64,000 nucleotides of DNA from assembly GCF_001194135.2 (NCBI RefSeq), contig NC_068981.1:180613545-180677544 (forward strand), read 5' to 3'. The translations under genes were made by a program, and so were the position numbers. Below the pieces are notes generated by a model. The model was not told the origin of the DNA and ran no database searches. It was given only the letters and a program-made list of their open reading frames with translations. This DNA comes from Octopus bimaculoides (lineage: Eukaryota). Shown piece after piece: positions 1-13,300 of the stretch. Numbering within the stretch: the stretch's first letter is position 1; each line of letters opens with the position of its first letter.

Positions 1-32
<32 letters not shown>

Positions 33-1559
33 CTTCATTCTTGCATCTGTGGAACATTAAAAGCATATAAAATATCTGATGTCTAAGTTTCAGATATTAA
101 ATCTTCTAATGATGCAATCAATTTGTACATTTTCTACAAAAATGTTATCAAAGGCTGCTACTATATTTGAAATGTCTTTGATCAATCACTGTAAGTCTTT
201 TTTTGTTTTTTTTATTTTTTACTTGAAACATAGTCATTTCAATATAGAAATCATCATCATTATCATTTAATGTCTATGTTCCATGCTGGCATGGGTTGGA
301 TGGTTTGACATGATCTGATAGGTCCAGGGACTGTGTCTTGTTCCAATGCCTGTTTAGGCCTGGTTGGATGCCCTTCCTAATGCCAAATAGAAGGCAATAA
401 AAGCCTCTTAACTATGTAGAGTTGTAGAAATCTAAATTTATTCAATATTTCAACTTTTGCTACCCACTAAGCTTGAACTAAGCATTTTGAAATGAGAATT
501 TGTCTAAACAACACCAAGCGTACAAGAATATGTAGGCTCTGACATTCAGATTCTTCAATAAACTGCTGACAGTGGATAAGTAGCATAATGAGCAGACTTC
601 AAAAGAGCCAACCAAATCAACTCCAAACAGGACTGTTTGCTTAATGTCAAATGCTTAAGCAAAACTAGCAATATCTCAAATCTCCAGTGTAAATATTGTA
701 AAAAGTTATATCCGTATGTGCAATGGCAACTTCAGCAGCCATATCTCTACCATGTGTGAACTACTTCAAAATTAAACATACTTTCGTACATAAGCATAGT
801 AAAGCAACGTCAATCGTTAGACCACTGAAAAGTGCATAAGTTTATCCGGAGATCCAATGTATTATTAAAAGGAAAGCCAGTTAGGGAACTTTCACGTAGT
901 CGCTCAACATGCTTGTAATAGCAGCCAAATTTCCTACGACACCTTACTGTATTTGAATGGACACATTAGATAATCAAACTTTCATTACTCTAGAAAAAAA
1001 AAGCACCTTATATACTCTATAAAGTGGTTGGCGTATAAAAACGAAAGTAAAATGCCCTTTAAAAAAACCGGAAGTGACGACACTAACATCCCAATCATAG
1101 AAAGAAAAACAATTCTTTTATTATTCTATATTCGCCGTTGCCTAAATGTGTTACAAAATTTTAACGAAGTGTAAGTATTTCAGAAATAGCAGTTGAGGTG
1201 CACTGCTCCAACATATTGTTACACCCAGCAAAGAACACTAATGAGAAGACAATTCGGTGGCTTGCACGTCGACACATGTTAGCAATGCAGTACGATGAAT
1301 GAGCTGTAGAGCCGACGAGAAGCGGTCACGTTGTTCCTGTGCATTCACTCGGTCTAAACAAGTTAATATCTCTTTTGAGAAGAGCCATTTGACTCTACCA
1401 ATAATAATTCGGCTAATGTACACATTTGCCGAACCACTTAGATACGTACGGGAACGTAAACACGGACATCGTTGTTCGTTGTCAAGCAGTGATGGGGGAC
1501 AGACGCAAAGACACCCAGATTATATATATATATATATATATATATTAGTTCGTCTGTCG

Positions 1560-1890
1560 TTGTCGACGATGACCAAGGACATCAATCACATGCGAGAAGA
1601 TGGATCACGGTATATTCGGCCCGATGCGTGCTTGAAAAGCACTGGTAGTCTGTTGGGATTTGTAGGCAAGGAGTTGGCACTGAATTTGCGCGGTTCGCGT
1701 TTTCTTTGTGCTTTTGCAATCCTGTTCTGTTCGTAGATGACACTTCTGCATGTGCATCTTCGCCAAGCACGGTGGTCTTGCGTTTCCCAGGTGTCGTGGT
1801 CGATTTCCAAACTCTTCATCGAGGCTTTGAGTGTATCCTTGAAGTGCTTTTTCGGTACACCTTGCGAGCGCTTGCTTGATATATGTATTA
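1560..1890 (-). mobile_element. 3' remnant of RTE-clade LINE
   Basis: Translation KRSQGVPKKHFKDTLKASMKSLEIDHDTWE..DHRAWR..YEQNRIAKAQRKRE matches the C-terminus typical of RTE/BovB-like LINE ORF2. Confidence 0.75.
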
Positions 1891-3189
1891 TGAATCGTTT
1901 TAGTATATGAAGTGAAAGCATGTGATATGGCTTTTCGGCGAAAAGAAAATCATGGGGTGGGAAGAAAGTCACAGTATGCCATAAATAAAGTAATTACAAA
2001 ATAATTTAAGTCGCTTACTTTGGTTGACAATATATGTATTGTATGCAAGTAACAATTTACGTAAAGTGCTACATGCGGTCCAGATGAAGGATATGTAAAC
2101 GGAACCCTTCCCCCCTTAGATTTATTTATTTATTTTTTTTTGTTACGGAATCCCACGTTTTAGGCTGTGGAGATTCCGATTCTGATAAAATTTTCAAAAA
2201 TCGCAACTTCAAAATTTCAATTCCCCCTCCCCATTTCTTCATTTTTTCACTTTTTCCGGAAATTTTGTTTTTGCGAAATACGTACAAAAAATACGGAGAT
2301 TATGATTCTGAAAAAAAAAATTGTTTGTAAACTTTCAATTTGGTGTATGTTTTCTTTTACGATTCATTCTCATTGCCCTGTCAATCGGTTTAAAATCATG
2401 CAAATTTACTTTAAGAAGCATTGGCACGCAATCAAACGCTAAGGTTGCTAAAACAAAAACATTCTCAACGACATTTCTTTTGTGGCGGCGGCATAACAGA
2501 GTAATGTGATGTTTATTTATATTTCATATAATTATTAACATTTAAATTGGTATAATTATCAGCATTTAAATTGTTTTTGTCCTTTTTTTTTTCTTTCTAC
2601 AATATCATAGTTCATGTATATTATTGATTGATCTTAATATTTTTTTCGTAACAGCATTGTTATTGTTTAATCTCAACTAGGCTTTGATTGATTTCGATCA
2701 TGAAAGGCATTCCAGTTATGACTATCCCATCTCCTTTTCTGAACTGTGTGTCACCAGCATTATATTATCCATTTCATTTTTCTAAGACTAGTGTGTTCTG
2801 AGAGAGATTTTGTTCCTGTTGCTTACAGGTCGTTTTTAGCGTATATCCTTAATGGATCCTTAAAAAGAAAATCTAATGTACAATTTAAAATCTTATGTTT
2901 TAGATGAAATAAGTATATATGTGTATACACACACACACACACACAGGTTTTTCGATGCTACAGAGAAAATAAATCTCAAGAGAAAGCACCACTGGAAAGT
3001 ACTGTTGTTCACACAACCATTCTCTTTAAATGTTAGGACCAAAGTGGGTAAGATCTTCCTTAGTTTAATTGATAGACACTTCCCCCTCGTACCAATAGAT
3101 TCAACAAAATAATTAATAGACATACTCTGAGATTATTCTTTAACTGTGCACTTAGTGTAAAAAAAAAAAAGAGATTTTGGTGGGTGGAC

Positions 3190-4140
3190 TCAGACCCGAG
3201 ACTAAGGCAGGATGTTCATGTAGTGGTAACACAACTTGTCCACTAAACGGCCAACTTCTGGACCCGCTTTAATAACCACAAGTCTTCATTCAACATCCCA
3301 GAGAGACATAATGCCACAATCCTAATCAAACACGTCTGGGCTTTGAAAGAAATCGCCACGGAGTACAGCATAAAGTAGAAGATCCTAGAAAGATGCAAGC
3401 TGTACTTCAATAGTAGCAGGAAGTGCAGATTGTGCCTGGCCAAGAAGAGGGTGATTTTAAAAGGCACCCAACGACCGGATGTTTACCTGAATGGCAGGAG
3501 TTGGGTGTTTAATCCTTGTCCGCATGAAAGAAAGTACGTTCTGTCGTACCTGCGCGACCCACCATGACTGCAACCATAGGTCCCCTGCCTCGACCTTCCG
3601 CAAACAATCTTCCACCAATGCTCTTGGGCCTGGCAAAAAGTTTGACCAAGACAGCAATACACATATGCACACCCTTATAAGGCGGCCATCCTGCATATAA
3701 CTATCCCCCACCACACCACGCAAATTGTACCTCCACATATACACAAACCCCACACACACATTATACATTACACACGACTCGCTAATAAAAAAAAAACCAC
3801 AACTTAATCCTTTACAGAAAGACAACAGACCAACAAACACAACGCTATATATATATATCTATATATATATATACACGCACACACCACTACACATATCACA
3901 CACCCCATCCCCGCAAGGACGCGACATTAATAAAACACACTTTCCCTACTTCAAGATAAACTCTTGCTGGCTTCACAACTTCCCAACCAAGGGACATAAC
4001 TCCTAGCCAAATATCCTAGTCAATTTTTCGTTTCACCACTTTTTTCGCAGCAGCCGCTGACAGGTTGTGCTAATCCATCTCTGACAATAGAGAGCAGTCG
4101 CGTTATTCCCTTTCATATCGGCTACCTCAGATAAGCGTAA
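3190..4140 (+). mobile_element. 5'-truncated Naiad-type Penelope-like element (GIY-YIG C-terminus + 3' UTR)
   Basis: 3213-3567 reads, with a deletion/frameshift, CSCSGNTTCPLNG...TRFNNHKSSFNIPERHNAT..KHVWALKE..EYSIK*KILERCK.Y.NSSRKCRLCLAKK....CPHERKY, the Cys/His-rich Naiad endonuclease tail. Right boundary approximate. Confidence 0.7.
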
Positions 4141-4147
4141 TTATATA

Positions 4148-4480
4148 ATTGGATCGTTACCTAACAAGGCGCAGGAGTGGATGTGTGGTAAGTTGCTTTC
4201 TTACCAACCACATGGTTCTAGGTTCAATCCTACTGCATGGTACTTTGGGCAAGTGTCATCTATAGCCTCGGGCTGACCAAAGCCTCGTGAGTGGATTTGG
4301 TAGACAAACTGAAAGAAGCTCATCGTATGTGTGTGTATGTTTGTATATATATGTATGTATGTGTGTCTATATGTTTGTGTTTGTCCCGCCCCCACATCAC
4401 CTGACAACTGATGCTGGTGTGTTTACATCCCTGTAACTTAGTGGTTCAGCAAAAGAGACCAATAGAGTTAGTATTAGGCT
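4148..4480 (+). mobile_element. tRNA-derived SINE, major family
   Basis: ggcgcaggagtgg..gtggtaag A-box region, ggttc..tcc B-box, internal (TG/TA)n. Many other copies: 10421-10805 +, 17660-18200 -, 24607-25030 +, 25810-26160 -, 27400-27740 +, 29290-29710 -, 31160-31565 -, 31740-32110 -, 38660-39030 +, 43900-44270 -. Confidence 0.85.
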
Positions 4481-4542
4481 TACCAATTCTATCGGCCTCT
4501 TCTTCATAATTGGAGTGGATAGTATAGAGAGAGGATGAGGCC

Positions 4543-5190
4543 AATAAACTGTCCACAGTCTGTCTACCCTATGTAAAAGGCCTCTCTTCGTAAATATCTC
4601 TGAGTAAAACCACCAATAGAAGAGAATATGACCAAAGACTGCGTGTACCCCATCCCATGCAGCTGTGGTAGGTTATACAAAGGCGAAATATGTTGCCCCC
4701 TCAAAATAATGGTAGACAAATATCGCAAAGCTGTGACACGAGGAGATATTTAGCTGATCATGTATGGAAAAATGGAGACCACATCCCCCTGTGGGATGAA
4801 GTTAAAATAATAGACAGAGAACACCACTGGAAAATACGAAAACTAAAAGAAGCAGCACATATGCTAGGACACAACAACCTCCTAAGCAGACCAAGTGCAG
4901 ATATGAATAGCATATGGTAACTGGTATTAAGGAAGGATAGAAAAATATTAGATTTATAAGCCCTAAAATTCACTCCATGATTGCCCACGGGCTACTAACC
5001 CCAAGATTCCAAGTTTGATCCCAAACACTGACCTGAATAATATTGATAATAATAATAACAATGAAAAATACCTTAGGAATGAGAACCCTGGTTTGAAATT
5101 TCCCCAAGACACCAGAAGAAGGCTGGAGGGTGTATCAGCCGAAACGTGTTAATAAACAAGATGAGGACAAATATCTGTCGAATGTAAATA
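4543..5190 (+). mobile_element. 3' fragment of Poseidon/Neptune-type Penelope-like element with hammerhead-like motif
   Basis: GIY-YIG tail [37 protein letters not shown]; second copy in opposite orientation at 34870-35625. Confidence 0.8.
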
Positions 5191-5195
5191 ATATA

Positions 5196-5690
5196 TATTA
5201 GGTTGTCAAGAAATTGCTTGCAGTTTTTAACCTTTAAATTCAGATGCTCATATCTCGGCTCAAACAGAATCAACACACTTGCCAATGCGAAACAAGTTTA
5301 TTTATGCCAGTCGTGTAAAAATCCTGCATTCTGGTAGCGTTGAAGGCGTGTTTAGCATCATCTTGGTTTTTGAAGCTTTTCTCACACAGGAAGTTGTCGA
5401 GATGCTTGAAAAAGTGGTAGTCAGTAGGCGAGAGGTCTGGTGAGTATGGCGGATGAGGCAGAGTTTCGTAGCCCAATTCGTTCAGCTTCTGCAGGGTCAG
5501 TTGTGCGATGTGCAGCTGAGCGTTGTCATGGAGAAGAGTTGGTCCTTTTCTATTGACCAGTGCTGTCGGAGTTTCTCATGCATTTCATCCATTTGCTGAC
5601 AGTACTTCTCCGCTGTAATGGTTAGGTCTACTGACTGGAGGCACATAACCTCTCTACTACTGGAAGTAGGAATACAGCCTTGGTCAGTCA
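5196..5690 (-). mobile_element. mariner (DD34D, Hsmar1-like) transposon 3' remnant
   Basis: HPPYSPDLSPTDYHFF motif; TA followed by ttaggttg... terminal inverted repeat at 5196-5215. Confidence 0.85.
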
Positions 5691-7174
5691 AAGTTGTAAA
5701 AAAAAACAAAATGAAATTCTATTGAGTGACATCACTTATTGGTGAAATGGGGTTATTTCCCTTTGATCAATTCCAGTTGCATCTCAAAAAGGATCGGTAT
5801 AAGTACAACTTTCATTTGCTAGTCAGCAAGCAAGGAATGCCATGTTTTCTACATAAATTTCCTCTTGTGAGGGCACCAACTAAGCATTTCACTTTTGGTG
5901 TTTTAGAAGGCCAACAAACTGAAAAATCGCAAAATGGAAATAGAAGCAAAATTCCATCACCCACCACCTATTTAAAAAAACATTTTTGTATCATAATCTA
6001 CCTTGCTTGAAGTAAATTACTGCTGTTTGAACACTCGATAATTTATGACTCAAGCACCCAACACCTACTGTAAAGTGGTTGGTGCTAGGAAAGGCATCCA
6101 GCCATAGAAAGAATGCTAAAGCAGACATTGCAGAACAATGGAGTCTTTGGACATGCACTGGATCCTATCGAACTATCCAACTCCTGGAAAAATGGAACAT
6201 GTATATCATGTAACCATCATCATTCATTTAACATCTGTTTTCCATGCTGACATGGGTTGGATGATTTGACTGAGGTCTGGAAAGCCAGTGGCTGCATCAA
6301 GCTCCAATCTGATCAAGCAATGTTTCTACAACTGGGTGCTCTTCTTCACGCCAACCACTCCGAGAGTGTAGTGGGTGCTTTTTATGTGCCACCAGCACAG
6401 GAGCCAGTTAGGTGGCCCTGGCATCAATCATGTTCATATAGTGCTTTTTACATGCCACCGGCATGGGATAATTTTATAGGAATACAAAAAAAAAATTTAC
6501 TATTGACTCAGGTATTTTGATAGAAAATGTAAAAAGGAGAGAAAATCCATGTAAAAAAAATTATTGAACCAACTTCACGGCAGGAGGTGCAGATAAGAGC
6601 AGCTGCATCAAACTCTCTCATGCACCAAATGTCAATCCCTGAAGTAAAATTGTGTAGCAACACCAAATGGCGGTGCCCCAGCATGGCCACAGCTCATGAG
6701 CTGAAACTAGATAAAATGAAAAAAAAAAATAATTGAAATTAAAAGATTTATTTTTAGATTATCATAATCACCAATGTTTAAAGCAAATAACTGTGTAAAA
6801 AGTTCAAATAAACAAAATCTATAAAAAAAAATTACATAAGGTTGTGAGAGTTTTTTTTTTTTTTTTTTTTTTTGATTGTCAGAATCTTATGTTTTGAAAC
6901 GTGATTCCAAGGAATTTTTAGAAAAAGATTTTCGTTGTTGGGTTTTTCTCTTTTTTTCTTTCTCTGAGAATCCTAATCTCCAGTCTTTCCAACATAGAAA
7001 TCTGAAGACAATTTTAGAAAGAAAATTAAAAATAAGTTACATCAGGCAAACACATAATCTGAAACTTCACAAAATGCTAAATGACCCACACACACATATG
7101 ACTATGATGTTGTTTTTGCATCTTGTTTTGTTTTTATTCCTTTGTTTTTTAACATTCTACTTTCGTATTTGCAG

Positions 7175-7318
7175 GGTTGGGACATAGGTGTAGTTGGTAT
7201 GAAGAAAGGTGGGCAACGTGTTTTGGTCGTACCATCAAACCTTGCGTATGGTGAATCAGCCATGGGCGACAAAGTACCACCTAATTCTTCGTTAGTGTTC
7301 CAAATTGAAGTAACCCGG
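7175..7318 (+). CDS. FKBP15: FKBP15 exon, C-terminal half of FKBP-type PPIase domain (GWDIG...FQIEVTR)
   Basis: ttgcag acceptor, gtaact donor, 48 codons, canonical FKBP GW..G..GMK.GG.R.L.VP..LAYG motif. Confidence 0.95.
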
Positions 7319-10300
7319 GTAACTATATTTTTTATATTTCTATCTTTGCTTATTTGTTTCTTTCATTTTATATGGAATTTATTAGACAGTGTGAAAGCGC
7401 ATTATATGTGTGTCTCACCAGTGTATATCATCGAGAAAATTGACAAACAAGTGCTTTCTAATAAACATTCCTTGTGGCATTCATTCTACCCATTGAACAG
7501 TTGAACAGTCATTCTCATCAACTCCAATGCAGAGAACCGATGATTGACTTTTGGGAAGAATGTGACCAATGCCACTATTGTTCACAAAATGTGGTTATAA
7601 TATAAATTAATTAGACTTACCTCCACTACTCTGCATATCCCTATTTCAGACTGCTTTCATTTGTTTTCGTGATTAAAATTTCTGAACACACTGAAAACCA
7701 CTGCCTCTCTGGGTGGGGGTCTTACAGAGTATAATAAAGCTGGTTATATAATCTGGTTTCCAATTTAAATGTAACTTTGCCATCTTTTTGTTTACAGGTA
7801 AAATTATCTAAAAGTGATGACACATCAGAGCCAAGTACTGCCTCTGACTCTGTTATGCACTCTCCATCTGAAACTGGGAACTTTGATTCAGATGGAGCTC
7901 CAACAGAAGAGACTGTTAAAAGCAGATCTCGATCTATTAATGAACAGTTGGCACAGGTAATTTCTTTTAATTATAAATTAAATTCAAAATGACTTTCCAG
8001 TACCAAATGTTTTGTTATAAATGAACGATATAATAATAATAACACTGTGTAACATTTTTTTTTTTTTTTGGTCTTTGGTCAATAAGTGTTATTTCCTATT
8101 TGTTTCTGTCTAGAGGTCAAAAGAAATGACTATTATTCCCTTCAAATTTTGCTTTTGTGACCTGGACATCAATGTTTTGAATCTGACCTAGTTTCCATTA
8201 CATTTCAGACACATTCAGCACTGGGTTGCTGGAGTAGAAATATCATTATAGTAAATATTCTGCTCAACACCACAGATTTGCTTGTCAGTTGCTTGACCAC
8301 AGGGTTGCTTGACCTTAACAAGTTGAGCATGTCCCTTAGTGGCTGATAATATATGCAACTCAGAGCAGGAGTAGTGGAGGAGCATCATAGCCATGTATTG
8401 AGAGGTATTCTTTGGGGTTTGAATAAATGTAACAAAAGCAAAGTATAAAGGAGATATTAGCCATTTTTCATACTTTCTAGGGGTGAGCAAATAAAAAATA
8501 AAAGTTGCTAATCAAGGACAAAAACCATGTTGCACAGTGTAATTTGAAATATATTAACCAAGTCTGTTTTCTGGGGTTTCTTCCAGTCTCCTAAAAGTGA
8601 TAAAGCCCGACTGATATCTCGAATGGCTCGGATGGGGCAACCTATGTTGCCTGTAGCCGGAGTTTCGGTTTCTTTAGCAAGTGGTGACAGTGAAACTGAA
8701 GATACACTGGTAAGTGACTATCCAGAGAAATTATCATTTAATCCTTTAGCATTCAGATTAGTCTGTCTATTGTAATGCTTATTTATTCACATTTTGAATT
8801 AACTGTGCGTTATCCCATAGCTTTGAGATTTCAACAATGTGGTTGTTTATTTTTAGAATGACATTGTAGGGTTGGCTTCAGAGGCTATATGTGGTCAGTT
8901 TGAACATAAAACAGGTAGAATATTTGGGTCAGATATGACCAGCTTAAATACTAAAGATTTAAGTATGATGCTTTAAGTTAAAAGTAAGCTCTGTATTTAC
9001 TCAAGAACAATGCAATCTCAAATATAATACATCACTCACTTTACTTTTTGTACCTAAAAACCAGTATTATATTTTATCCTTTTGAGGTTTTTTGCTTACA
9101 TTCAAGGAATTACTGCCCATTTTCCCTAATTTAGCCCCCGATGTTTTGTGTTAAAAATCTTGCCTTATACACAAGTAAATACAGTAGTTAGCTTTTATGA
9201 AAAACAATATCAATGAAAACCACCACTCCAGAAGAGTGGATTGGTCAAATTGTTAGAGCTTTCAACAAGATGTGGTATCTATTCCAACCCTTTGCATTCT
9301 GCCAATAACACCTGTAATGACGCTGGTTCCAAGTTGTGTCAGAGTTAAAATCCTACCCTTTCCTTTGGACAACATTGGTGATTTGGAGAAGGGAGACTTG
9401 CATTCATGGGCAACTACAAAGAAATACTTGTCCAGGTTTGTATACACAAATGTAGATTGTCAACCTTGATTAATGGAGGTCCCTTTTCACATCAAAATGT
9501 CTAATAGTTAATCCACTTTTATGTAATACTACCTGGTATTGAGAGTTCACAGCTCTGATACTACAGACATGGGATTAGAATGTCACAAGAAAGAATCACA
9601 AGACTGATTCTTCAAGCTGAACCAAGTGGCAGGAGATCTAGAGGTAGACCAAGAATAAGATGGTTGGATAATATCCATAATCTCAGTTCATCTTGGAAAT
9701 CCAGACAAAAAATGATGATGGTTGCTCCCTGATAGGACCCTACAAAGGAAGTACCTGAGAACTCTCTACCCCCCACAACTCTCCCAGGTATTGTAGGCTA
9801 AGAAGATAAAAGGCAATGAAATGGAAGTATTTGTTTGACATTCTTTATATAACAAAAATGTTCTCTCATAGAATGTTTGTTGCAAGTACCATAGAATAGA
9901 GACATTCTTGTAAACCAAGTGTTTGACTCAGTTTCTAATTTTAGAAATTTCCACATACTTGAGGTTTGGTACCTATCATCATGCAATGTCTATGTTCCAT
10001 GCTGGCATAGGTTGGACAGTTTGACAGGATCTGACAGGTCACAGGACTGTGTTGATCTCCAATGTCTGTTATGGCATGGTTTCTATTGTTAGATGCCCTT
10101 CTTTATGCCAACCACTTTACAGAGTGTACTGAGTGCTTTTCTATGTCACCTGCACTAGTCTTGATTGACAAAAGCTCAGTCAAGGGAACTTGTCTTGCAA
10201 GCTCACCAAGTAGCTTGCAAGACCTCTTGATTGAATGAGATGTTTTACTGAGGGAGGTGACTTATATCAAGTGCTGAGATGCAAAAATTTGATAGAGGGA

Positions 10301-13300
10301 TAGGATCAGGTGTCTTGCAGTGGAGGAGATACCTAGCTACCCCAGTTGGAAAAAGAGAGAAAATACTGATGATGAGGTCAAAGTACAAGAGGGAACCCAT
10401 GTAAAAAAAATATTTCATATAGGTGCAGGAGTGGCTCTGTGGTAAGTAGCTTGCTTACCAACCACATGGCTCCGGGTTCAGTCCCACTGCGTGGCACCTT
10501 GGGCAAGTGTCTTCTGCTATAGCCTCGGGCCGACCAAAGCCTTGTGAGTGGATCTGGTAGACGGAAACTGAAAGAAGCCCGTTGTATATATATATATGTG
10601 TGTGTGTATATGTTTGTGTGTCTGTGTTTGACCCCAACATCACTTGACAACCGATGCTGGTGTGTTTACGCCCCCCTAACTTAGCGGTTCGGCAAAAGAA
10701 ACTGATAGAATAAGTACTAGGCTTACAAAGAATAAGTCCTAGGGTCGATAAAGGTGGTGCTCCAGCATGGTCGCAATCAAATAACTGAAACAAGTAAAAG
10801 AGTAAAAGAATAGTTATATATTTTGCATGCACAAGGTCCATCGTCATCATCATCATCAGTTTATACACAATTTTCCATGCTAATACCTGTTGGATGGGTC
10901 TTCTCCAGCACAGTATTCTGTCACTTTGTCATCTGCATTGTGGGGTTTATCCTTTTGAGATGGCCTTCCCTAATTCTTCCATCATCTTCTTCAGCCTTTC
11001 TCTATCACAGGCTCATTCCATTTGAATTGTTTGTCACTTCTTTATTCAACTTTTGTCCTTCATATGTACCACATGCTCATACAACCCAGTCTCCTTTCTT
11101 GCACACTACATCTGATTTTTCTTATACTCAATTCATCTCTCATTTGTATTCTGCTTGTCATACACACAAAGATCACACATCTAGCAGAGCATGCTTGCTT
11201 CATTTCTTTCCAACCTTTATTCACCCTCTGCATTCGCTGCTCATGTTTTGCTACCCTACAGCATAGCACCTCATCTGCTAGCCGTATACACTCTACCTTT
11301 CACTTGAAGACAAATCTTGTTACTAGTAGAGGTAATAGCTCCCTGAACATTTTCCCACACCTTTCTTACTCTGGCTGATATGCTTTCAGAATAACCTCTT
11401 CCTCTGATAATTAAGTTACCTAATAAAGAAGCTGTCAACTTCTGAGCATTTGAAAGAATTTACTCCCCAGGAGCTCTTACTGCCAACCATTATATACCAA
11501 GTCTTTATTCACTTTCAGCCTGCCCGGTGCACTTCTTGTGCTGCCATACTTTACATTTGGTACTCAGAGATTTTCTACCTATTTCTGTTCTGCATATTGT
11601 ATATGGCCACCACACTGATGACAGCAGAGTCCTTTCCTCTTCCCTGCTAATGAAAACTTATGTCTTTTCTAAGCCTACTTTGAGGCTGCTGAAGTCTATG
11701 CTCTGTTTTCATATTTGAAATTTCTTCTCTAATTCTCTGACATGTTCAGCTATTAAAATTTAGGTCATCAGTATACAGAAGACTGCAGGAACAGCTGGTC
11801 TAAAACCCTTATGTTGTGGCTTAGAAAACTATAAATAGACAGGGGATGTAAACTGAGCCCTGATAGATACTTACTTGTATGCTAAATTCCTCATTCAATG
11901 CATTGCTAACTTCCTCATGCTAATGTTTTACTTTTCTGATGGCACACATCCCTGTACATTGCTTTCCTGCCTTTCACAAGCCATTCATTTACTTATGATT
12001 TTCTTCAAAGACTACAGAGTTCAATACCCAGTCAAAGGTATAGTGGCTTACTCTTAGCAAAAACTTTGTCTCTCTAAGAAGAAACGATAAGTGGTACCCC
12101 ATCCATCTACAAATCTGAACTGCATCTCATCTAAGCTAATTCCCTTTTTAATCAGTTGTGCTGCAACTCTTTATTCTTTTTTTTATAATCTGATCCTATA
12201 CTTCAAAACCGTATAGTTGCTTTTTTGTAGAGTAGTTCCTTTTGACCTTTTTGAAGCTATTGATGATACTGTTACACCAGTCATTCACTATGCCACTTCC
12301 CTGTTTAACTGAGTGACAAATGTATCTTACTTCACCAGATATTTTTATCACTATCCTAGATAGTCCAGCTGCTCTTCTTGCATTTATATTTTTAATCATG
12401 TTTTCAACCTATCAACTTTAATAACTACTTCCTTCTGTTGGATCTACTTGGAGTAGACTTTATTCCTCTCTCACATTCCTCTCATTCAGCAACCTCTTAT
12501 TACATTTTCATACCTGTTTATCAGCTTCAGTTAAGGCATGTGCACCACTATCATTGTATGCCTACTTCCCACTAAAAATCTCTTAATTCATAGTAACACA
12601 TTGCTTTGCAATCAAGAATGACCCATGTTTGTTTTCCTTTCATCACAGAATATTGGGAAACTTCTTACTGTCATTTTCTCTCCTTGCTAAATATATTTGA
12701 TGTCTACTTCTCTATTAATTACCTAGTATAGTTCCCTCTTTTCTCCCACTTTTCTTCTAGTTTTCCAGGCCTGTCTTTTAGATTTTATGGCTCTATCAAC
12801 TGACCATTCCACCATCATGTCAGCTTTCATTTTGGCTTGAACTTTGTTCCATCCACAGACCTAGCCTGAGATCACAATAGGTTTTCTCAGAGAAACTTCC
12901 AGTTGTCCTCTATTAGATTAATCTCTGTATCTACCTCTTCATTGTATGTCAACTAGTATTTTTTTAAACTTGCACCTAATAGAAGGATTTTGGGGAAACT
13001 TCCACACCTTTCTTCTCTAGATTCTCTGACCTCTTTGAAATGCATGTAGTTCTTATCCTGGGGTCATTTATTAAGTATTTACAACCAGTTGCCTATCCAT
13101 TTCCTGATATGCATGAAGTCTTTGGCTTTGCTTATTTGGTAGATGATAAGGTAGCTTGCCTGTTTCCAGGAGTTAGTGCTATAAATGGTTAGGTCATTTG
13201 CATCACTGATAGCCAAGAGACTTGATCCCTCCTCATTCCTAATGTCACAAAGCTCAATTTGATTAGAAATATTTAAATATTTGATCAGAGGAAAATAAAG

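Noticed and set aside
520-800. Minus-strand stretch reading FDIKQTVLFGVDLVGSFEVCS..., superficially protein-like
   Set aside because: No recognisable homology, no convincing splice boundaries, and neighbouring frames are closed.
2948-3049. Exon-like segment cacag|...gtgg|gtaaga with an open frame FFDATEKINLKRKHHWK...
   Set aside because: The acceptor is just the end of a (CA)n tract, the peptide does not resemble the missing FKBP15 N-terminus, and it ends in phase 1 whereas exon 7175 needs phase 0.
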